DNA of 58,019 nucleotides, from the NCBI GenBank assembly GCA_002633005.1, contig NMRA01000893.1, positions 50,253-108,271 on the forward strand, given 5' to 3'. Under the pieces are notes generated by a model that saw only the letters and a program-made list of their open reading frames with translations, made no database searches and was not told the origin of the DNA. Position 1 is the stretch's first letter, and every line of letters begins with the position of its first letter. Source of the stretch: Phoronis australis. Its lineage: Eukaryota; Animalia; Phoronida. Both the position numbers and the translations under genes were made by a program. Below are positions 50,501 to 58,019 of the stretch, piece by piece.

Positions 50501-51665
50501 NNNNNNNNNNNNNNNNNNNNNNNNNNNNNNNNNNNNNNNNNNNNNNNNNNNNNNNNNNNNNNNNNNNNNNNNNNNNNNNNNNNNNNNNNNNNNNNNNNNN
50601 NNNNNNNNNNNNNNNNNNNNNNNNNNNNNNNNNNNNNNNNNNNNNNNNNNNNNNNNNNNNNNNNNNNNNNNNNNNNNNNNNNNNNNNNNNNNNNNNNNNN
50701 NNNNNNNNNNNNNNNNNNNNNNNNNNNNNNNNNNNNNNNNNNNNNNNNNNNNNNNNNNNNNNNNNNNNNNNNNNNTAGAATGCGGACTGCCCGTAGAATC
50801 AACTTAAAAATATTACTTTCTCTCGTCTAACTAGAATGCGGACTGCCCGTAGAATCAACTTAAAAATATTACTTTCTCTCGTCTAACTAGAATGCGGACT
50901 GCCCGTACAAAATCAACTAGAAGAGGGGTCTCTAGAACAAACAGGTCGGATTGTGGGAGGAGAAGAAGCCCCGACTGGATCAGCTCCATGGCAGGTATCC
51001 AACTTCATGTTTCCCTTTGCATTCTGAAAGGCTATTTACATGTACATGTTGAATAGTATACAATGGCTGACTTCACCGAGGTTCATATATTGGGTTTCAG
51101 ACCCCATGTGATGATAGCGCGCGTTCATGAGTTCCATGACGCGCATGTTGCGCAAGGTCCCGTGGCGCAGTGGTAAAGCATTGTCTTGCGAACGAGAGAG
51201 GTCGTTACCATAGCAGCGGTAAATATGAGTGGTCAATATGGAAAATATAATTATTGACCCCAAAATATGGATTTTAAACTTGATGACCTGCCAAATCATG
51301 CACTGTACATAATAAAAGATATTAGTTCACAACATCTGATATTTCTGCCTTCTTGATTGACTAAAGCCCGAATTTGCCAGTACCGTGTCTGGAGGGTGGC
51401 GCTGAAGTAAGAGATTTGCAGCACGCGACAAGGGTTTTCCCCATGTCTGCTGGAGTTATTTTACATGACATGTAGTCATCATCCCTTGTTTTTTTACAGG
51501 CAATGATGTATTACTATCTTCCAAATGATCCTGAAAATGGCATGTTCTTATGTGGCGCAATCCTTATTGGCCGCCGGCACGTGCTAACAGCAGCGCATTG
51601 CTTTGCCATGATTCCAAAACTCGAAATTGGAGAATTTCAACTTCAAAACTTGGAGCTGAGACTAG
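29153..51665 (+). CDS. Secreted mosaic S1 serine protease, 3'-partial. Exons: 29153-29525, 31667-31848, 32807-32935, 33817-34075, 34708-34858, 36344-36495, 37812-37946, 38827-38898, 39800-39871, 40648-40792, 41714-41865, 43775-43909, 46009-46195, 47343-47542, 48453-48734, 50891-50994, 51500-51665
   Basis: 17 exons with AG/GT borders join in one open frame (2896 nt, 965 codons plus 1 nt), from a hydrophobic signal peptide to CG...R|IVGG...PWQ and CGAILI...VLTAAHC. One junction spans the assembly gap. Confidence 0.85.
31667..34075 (+). CDS. Protease exons 2-4 (31667-31848, 32807-32935, 33817-34075): betaglycan/endoglin orphan-domain-like module
   Basis: ATC...ASH...SC...KEVHVIAV...QVNVNL...RPVDLILSSSRQPIEWVI...LLSRNS...LLDWS...GFITSFTG...LSVG...C; intron phases 1-0-0-1. 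Confidence 0.7.
34708..37946 (+). CDS. Protease exons 5-7 (34708-34858, 36344-36495, 37812-37946): TARSH/FNDC1 C-terminal-like domain 1
   Basis: DCHGRRFV...KYIGVVLC..RYKLFMSDDLHGLFLDIADGSGHGEDHCDFV...GYFR...VRWYECGVNIPG. Confidence 0.88.
36117..36187. mobile_element. Short MITE-like repeat, inverted partner of 36815-36892
   Basis: ttttttcagtgctgcgccacccatg is a near reverse complement of catgggcggtgcagcactgaaaaaa. Confidence 0.65.
36815..36892. mobile_element. Short MITE-like repeat, inverted partner of 36117-36187
   Basis: Reverse-complement similarity over about 70 bp. Confidence 0.65.
38827..39871 (+). CDS. Protease exons 8-9 (38827-38898, 39800-39871): duplicated 72-bp Ser/Thr-rich linker exons
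   Basis: LTSSSAGGVTAQATSTPTIEDAQ and VTSPSAGGVTTQATSTTLNEDEE, both tgtag|...|gtaac, phase 1-1. Confidence 0.85.
40648..43909 (+). CDS. Protease exons 10-12 (40648-40792, 41714-41865, 43775-43909): TARSH/FNDC1 C-terminal-like domain 2
   Basis: GCHGRQYIRRT...YIGVVLC..RYKLFMGDDL..FLNIADGSGYGQDHCELI...GYYR...KWYECGVDIPG. Confidence 0.88.
46009..47542 (+). CDS. Protease exons 13-14 (46009-46195, 47343-47542): linker and Ig domain 1
   Basis: PQNYTAELGSLASFEC...VKWYH...LMILSVQQSHAGKYTC (I-set pattern). Confidence 0.88.
47190..47291. repeat. C/T-rich low-complexity tract
   Basis: Almost pure pyrimidine run upstream of the 47343 acceptor. Confidence 0.8.
48453..48734 (+). CDS. Protease exon 15: Ig domain 2
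   Basis: PENVTLQQREQHIFEC...ITWHRNG...IRSSHLDDTGEYSC. Confidence 0.9.
49791..50775. other. Assembly gap
   Basis: Run of N. Confidence 1.
50776..50907 (+). repeat. 56-bp tandem repeat made of the splice acceptor plus the first codons of the activation-site exon
   Basis: tagaatgcggactgcccgtagaatcaacttaaaaatattactttctctcgtctaac twice (50776-50887); the third partial copy is the real exon start. Confidence 0.9.
50891..50994 (+). CDS. Protease exon 16: zymogen activation site
   Basis: ECGLPVQNQLEEGSLEQTGR|IVGGEEAPTGSAPWQ, donor gtatcc. Confidence 0.95.
51500..51665 (+). CDS. Protease exon 17: catalytic His region
   Basis: AMMYY...FLCGAILIGRRHVLTAAHCF...LELRLG. Confidence 0.95.
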
Positions 51666-52389
51666 GTAAGACTAGGTAAACTTACGATAGTCATACCGTA
51701 GCGACTGATAGTATTGTAAATTTTGCGTGTCTTCATGTCTCTGACACGTTTGTCATTACACCTAATCTCACGAGAGCCTCGAGCCCAGAATAGGGTCATA
51801 GATTGTCTTATTGCATGGTTTTATTTCTTCTTAAATGTAATACAAGACACAAATTACACACAGTTAAAAGTGCAACCCAACTAAACATGTTGTTCAGTTC
51901 CAATCTCCAAAACATGATTCCACAAGGCCATACTGCATGTTATTGCAAACGCAGGGTTGGATAATTAATGAATCTGCCAACCAGAAATTAGAAATAACGA
52001 AGACGTGGAATAGGGCTGTACGGCTATTGAACTCTCCTCAGTGTCGGAGATAGGGAAGCGCATGACCTCGTTTTGGAAATCGGGCACTTTCTCAGGTCAT
52101 GTTGGAAACCGACAAGGTTTGTGGTCGTGGAAATATTCCCGATTTCAACCCTTAATTAAGAGCCGGAATTGAACAGGTATCTTCAAGAAAGGGAAATCAA
52201 TTTAATTTAACCCGACGAACTTGATTTACCCACTCGCTCTTCATTTTTTACGTTGATGTCGGGAAGGCGAAGAATATGGGCGGCCGTTTATGCAAAAAAC
52301 ATTAAAATGTATATTCAATTCCATTTAATGAACTCAATGCCAACTTTATGACAATTCAATCCTATCTTGTGTATTCAATGCTATTACAT

Positions 52390-52690
52390 CAATCCAATCC
52401 ACATTCGTCGATTCTATATCGTGAATTCAATGCTGTTTTGTATATTCTATCCTGTTTACTGAATTCAATGTTGTTTAGTCATTCTCTTTCGTCTATCCTA
52501 TCGTCTCGTGAATTCAATCCAGTTTCGTCGATTCTGTTTCGTCAATCCTAGCGGCCTATGGGTGAAACTAACAACTTCGTGTATTCTATCCTGTCGTGAA
52601 TTCAATCCTGTTTCGTCAATCCTAGCGGCGTATGGGTGAAACTAATAACTTCGTGTATTCTATCCTATCGTGAATTCAATCCTATTTTGT
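52390..52690. repeat. Nested tandem repeats rich in cgtgaattcaat, including a 74-bp unit twice; probably a transposon subterminal region
   Basis: gtttcgtcaatcctagcggc.tatgggtgaaactaa.aacttcgtgtattctatcct repeated. Confidence 0.75.
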
Positions 52691-54837
52691 TAGCGTGAGG
52701 ACGAAACCAATGTGTCGCATGTGCGCATGCGTTTGAGCTCCCGGTTGTCGGCTCGTTGCGTAAAAGTCTGCTGTCAAAATCGAAGCAAGAATTGTTTCTG
52801 ACAATGTCACAGAGAGAACTGCTGTCAAATATCATTGGTCTTTTGACCGATGCAGTTGACCAGCTGCAAAATGTCAACAACCAGCCTGACACACAATCCC
52901 CGACCCAGCGGATTCTGGGCGCTACTTCGGCACTGAGGGACACTACGTCGGGAATCTTAGCGTCAACTGATGCGAGACCCACCAGTGCATCTGGCTCCGC
53001 CGTTGTTTCAGGCACTGCAGGTGCACCTGGCAACATGGTGAGTTCTTGTGTGTTTACAGTTCCATTTGCGATATTCAATTGTTCGTATTAAGTATCTATT
53101 TTTATCACGCCAGTTTAAAATCACGCATTAGTCAGTGGCGGATCTAGGATGTCATGAGAGCGGGGCGGCCAAAATCCTCGGGGGAATTGGGTAAAGCGCC
53201 ATTGTTGTGTATGTATAGGCGGCCCGAAAGTTGCGGGGGTCGAGGACGTACACCTGCTGTTCAGAAAATCTATCGGTGGACAAAAAAAAACGGGAACGTG
53301 TTTCCGCATCTGAGCCGCACTGCCTTGGGTATTCATGAAGTGCCGCAATGCTTTCGGGGGACACCATTGCGTCAGTGCACTAAATAAAAACGACATGGAG
53401 TTTTGTGTTCATCAATAGCCATCTTTTCTGCTTAAACGTCGGAAACTAAAACTACTGAGGGGGAGAGCTAATTTCGCCGGCAAGCAAGCGAATCACCACA
53501 ACGGCCATTTATTAGGGCGCTTTCAGGAGCGTTTCAAACGAAAACACGTACATGTACGTGTAATGTACTAAGTAGATAATTTCTGAGTTTTAAACCAAAA
53601 CTGTCCGTTGTCTTGGAAAACTGACAGTTGAGTTTTCGTCAACAGAAAGACATCAAAATATTTCGTTAGCAACATCCCTGTGTTTGCGTTATTTTATGTT
53701 GATTTTTCTAAATTTAATATCTATACTTGTTGTGCAGCTTGGCAGTGATTACTCTGGTTATTTACCCACAATCCAATTGATTCGAACTGTTTATGTCTTT
53801 GGCACAAAATTGCCTCTCCCTAAATAATCTTCGTCAGTTGGTAAAATTTCATTTTCTTGGGTTGTTTAAGTCCTTAAAAGGACTTATCAGTAATTCGAAT
53901 CAGAAAATCGCCCGACAATAATTCATAATTATTAAATTTGTCGGGCATTAGAAAAGGGAAGTGCTTTGCGCCCGCTATGCGCTTAGCGCTGAGCGGGGTG
54001 ACGTCGACCAGGATTTGGTAACTGAATGGGTCTCTATGTTTGAAATTTGNAAAAATGTCGCTTATGTTTGATCACTTCCGGGGGAAAACTTACTCGCAAA
54101 CTGAACCATATCTTATTTAATTTACAAATAAATAACGTTATTTCAATTCTTTGCTCTAAATTTGTACAAAAATAATGTCAAATAGTACTACATTTTGAGT
54201 TAATTTTGCAACAACAGTTCAAGTGCGCTAGTAACTTTTTAGGATTCAGGACCACAAAACGTTACATTTTGATTAAAAATAATCAAAACAGAATTAGCCT
54301 AAAATAATTAAAATCATGACGCAAAATATATTTAAAACATTGAAAACTTATTGATTTTCTATTGCTCGGGATAAATCTGTAAAAAAATAAAATAATTAGA
54401 GGGGGTGTGGTTTTCAATGGACGCCATGTGATGGAAGAGTAGGACTTGCAGACGAAGAAATCTCTCACTACATTATTATATTATTTGACGTCTGTAGATT
54501 GGCTGCCATCTAGAATGGAGTTGGATCGAAGGGATGAATGGGCGTTCAAAGAAACGCAATGCAATGAAAACGTATACCGGGAATTTACGTTGGAGTCACA
54601 AACGTTTTCGTTTTTGCGTTGGCTGAAATATTGGATAATTCTAAACGCTTTTTCGTTTCAGTTTGGTTTACACGTTCAGGTACGTATATTATGTAAGAAG
54701 AGGGGTCAATGGCAACCTTGCATTTTAGTTTTTTTAAGTTATCCAAAAGCAAAACATACTGCACTTTGATAGTGTAAGTTATTTATTTTGATATTTGATA
54801 AACACCATTCGTCCTGGATTGGTTTTTCTGACTTCTG

Positions 54838-55238
54838 GGCCCGGTCTCCAATCTTTTTACTCGAAATGGAACTCGAAATTTGGTTTGGCATTTTGTACTC
54901 TACTTTTGGGCGAACTCAAGATAAGTGTCTATTATTGTATACTCGAGTACACAATAACTTACGTGGATAATTTATTGCCCTTAGTTCACAGTTTGTAAAC
55001 CCAATATTAAAGCAACAAGTTCGAGTTTGAACTCGAAATTTCGAGTTTTTACTCGAGTTTGTAGCACGAATATAAGGGTCTTCAAGGGCATACTTGAACT
55101 AGAAACTCCTATGCATAAACTATAATGTATTCGAGCACAGTCTGATAACCAATTATCTTAAGTTCGCACAAAAGGAGCAGAGAAATTGCCAAAAATAGTT
55201 TCGAGTTCGTTTCGAGTACAAAGATTAGAGACCGGGCC
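54838..55238. mobile_element. PIF/Harbinger-type MITE
   Basis: About 40-bp imperfect TIR beginning ggcccggtctc, 3-bp TSD ctg on both sides. Confidence 0.85.
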
Positions 55239-55839
55239 CTGGTCACAGCGTTATAGTTCTAGTGTAAAGAATAGCTAATTTTTGTTCAAGAAACGACTAA
55301 TGATTCAAAATACCTTTCAGCTATACTGAACAATTTGTTTTCAAATTTTAATAACTTTCCTTATAAGAAATATAATGAACCTGTGTGGCGATAAGTCGTT
55401 TCCTCCGTAGGCATTCAAAGCTGCATTTGTCCCTGTGAAGCCGTCACTTTAAACATATTTCGCGTTCTTAACCGAAAAGCAACATCTGGATCTGCAATGC
55501 ACTCACGGGAACTGGTCACTGTTGCGTCAAATAATTGATCTTCAGTGTTCAATGTAAGTTTTTGTGCGCCCTTTTCGAATTTCAGCGTTGGCCAAACGCA
55601 ATTTTAATTAAAAGTCGGCAATTTTTCGATACGTGTCTTGGACTGTGGTAGTCGGTGGGCCAGATCTCATAGCGTTCATCCTTGTGAGTACTTTGGGGGG
55701 GCAACCTAGTTTTTTCTATGTGGCTAGATAATATACCTATAAATCAAATTCCAAAAAGTTCCCACGTCTACACTTGTACATTTTTTAAAAAAAAGGTGTT
55801 TTTGTTGCACAAAATATGATGCACATTCCTGCCACTTGA

Positions 55840-56209
55840 TGGCGCTTTTCTAGTGAATTGACCAATCAGAGACCCAGATTGTATTGTTGTGCTTAGTTAC
55901 TTCAATATGGCTGCTCCCATGGAGTGTGATGCCTGTATAATTCAAGATTTATCAAACAGCACAAAATTGTGATGTCAGAGCCTAAAGAAGCTTAGGAAAG
56001 CTTCCTGACGAAAGCTGATTGACTTGGCGCTTTTCTATTGAATTGACCAATCAGAGAGCCAGATTGTATTGTTGTGCTTAGTTACTTCAATATGGCTGCT
56101 TCCATGGAGTGTGATGCCTGTATAATTCAAGGTTTATCAAACAGCACAAAATTGTGATGTCAGAGCCTAAAGAAGCTTAAGAAAGCTTCCTGACGAAAGC
56201 TGGTTGACT
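55840..56209. repeat. 185-bp tandem duplication
   Basis: Two near-identical units, 55840-56024 and 56025-56209. Confidence 0.92.
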
Positions 56210-57494
56210 GTGGAACTCTGTAGATCCGTAGATCAAAAAGAAGAAGAGGTGTCACAAACGTTTGTGCAGAAAACAGCTGCATGTCCTGGTAGCCTACACA
56301 GTATACTGCTGAGTGCTGTAAACTAGAAGACCAAGTGTCAGACCAAAAAATTGAAAGGACATAGAACGGCATAGCAATGTTCAAGGCACCAACAGCAGTA
56401 CTAAAGCTGAAGTTGCTGAAAGTGATACAGATGTTATCCAAGATTTCCCAAGAAAATTATACTTCCAAAATCTGAAACACCCAATTAACCTGAACAAGAT
56501 AGGAACAATATGAAACATGAGTGCATCATTTGTTAGCAGGAAAAGTACATTATGGGCCACATTTCAAGAAAGAGAAAGAAGTATAGCTTTGAAAAACAGG
56601 TACGTGTTTTTGAAAAATACATCTTGGTGTTTTCCATGTGTGTTTCAGTATTATCACCAGTTGTTTTTTAACTTGTTCAGCCCCTTGGCAGCCTAGGCCT
56701 TAGACAATACTGCTGACCCAGTAGAGACGATCATCATACCATAGGTACTCCATATGCCGGATACTTTTCGGCAAATTATGTTCCTATAAGTTTAGAAGTA
56801 CCGCGTAGAGGAGGTCGTTAATGTTTTCATTTGTTCCCAGTTTAAACAAATACTCCTGCAATCCTGTTTTTCGAACACTCCATTCAGTTGCCACATCGAC
56901 ACTGCTTATGCTAAGGGAGAATCCTATGGCGTTATACTGTGGGTGTGATTTTAAAGCACTTTAAGTCAAACATTTTTGAGAAGGTTAAATGGTGTAGATG
57001 GTTGCAAACAACATCAACAAGTGGCCATCATCCCCTGCCGTATTCTCAATTTTTTGTAAACATTAATTACTTAGGTAGCTGCAATGATAACTAAATTAAA
57101 GTGCCTAAGTGGCCATCGTCGCCGTCGAAATTTGAGGACGATGGAAGCCACTGTCCATTTCGTCAAACGTNCGATTACCTTAAGTGTAAATCGATTGACT
57201 ATGGTTTGAGCATCTGATTTAAAAAAAATTAAATTTCAATCATTGCACTGGTATATCAGCTGATTTATTTTCAGTTGCATCAACTGATCTAATTATTAGA
57301 TGATCAACATTATTAGGCTACAGATCAGATGGCATGTAAATTTGTTAGGCTGGTGGTGGATCAGTTCCTGATAAGTCCGTCTGAAAAAGTTGCATGCCAA
57401 CTCACTCATAGTTGAATGTTAAATTAGTGTTAACAGTTCGGGTTTTTTTCAGTTGGACTAGTATCGCAAGCAACAGCTCAGTCCAGAGCCCTGA

Positions 57495-58000
57495 ATATGC
57501 AAATGAAGCCAAGTACCACAGATCATCATGGTATAAAAAATAGAAAGACAGCGATTGTGAAGAGTGACGAATTCACAGTTTTCAGAGATGTTTTTCTACA
57601 GTTTTGTTTGGAGTTCATTGAATCGAAGCTTCTAACACAAGGAGATGTCATTTGCCTTTAAAAACTAAAGCAAGACTTTGAAGCTGTTCTTCAGAAAGCT
57701 GGTGTGCATGAAGTTATTTGGACAGGCAATCTTAAGAAATATTGTTGAAGCTACTCACTGTTGTAGTTTGTGCCCGACTAAGAGATATGAAAGTGAATTC
57801 AGGCTAATGTTCAATAATTCACTTGCTGACTCTAATTAACACAGCCCATTATAACATATTTTGAATCAAACGTTTGCCCAAATAGTGCCTGCCTCCAAAC
57901 AAGGACTTAGTGTTTGACCCTTCATTGCCTGCGGGCTAATCACCAGTGTGCAGTGCTGTACCCTCTCTAATTGACCATAGTTGGCTCCTTGGCGGTGGAG
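57495..58000 (+). mobile_element. Possible decayed transposase (Academ-like)
   Basis: YANEAKYH and FLQFCLEFIESKLLTQGDVICL*KLKQDF fragments with stops; resemblance by eye only. Confidence 0.3.
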
Positions 58001-58019
58001 CTTTGCAGTTAATATGAAT

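Noticed and set aside
49691-50830. Long ORFs of 346-379 aa in the ORF track
   Set aside because: They consist of translated N bases across the gap.
51880-51975. KDZ-like transposase motif AVWPCGIM on the minus strand
   Set aside because: Too short and preceded by a stop; cannot be supported without a search.
258-56441. Most 60-140 aa ORFs in the track as independent genes
   Set aside because: They are antisense or off-frame shadows of exons, or chance ORFs in introns and repeats.
51666-58019. Remaining protease exons with catalytic Asp and GDSGG
   Set aside because: No such motifs found by eye; probably beyond the window.

Overview
Eukaryotic (invertebrate animal) genomic DNA, AT-rich, with GT-AG introns and one assembly gap (49791-50775). 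Three + strand genes: (1) ceramide kinase (CERK), 11 coding exons at 2059-18353, first exon upstream of the window; (2) a TRIM-NHL protein (RING, 2 B-boxes, coiled coil, NHL propeller) whose CDS lies in one exon, 24620-26620; (3) a secreted mosaic serine protease reconstructed by hand from 17 phase-compatible exons (29153-51665, about 965 aa, 3' end not found in the window). Its domain order is signal peptide, TSP1-like, betaglycan/endoglin orphan-domain-like, two TARSH/FNDC1 C-terminal-like domains, two Ig domains, R|IVGG trypsin domain. The window opens exactly on a complete 538-bp miniature LTR element (TRIM) whose LTRs contain a tRNA-derived Pol III promoter. Introns hold a LINE remnant with RNase H, nested DNA transposons, MITEs and minisatellites. 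Domain and family names come from motif recognition by eye, not from database searches.
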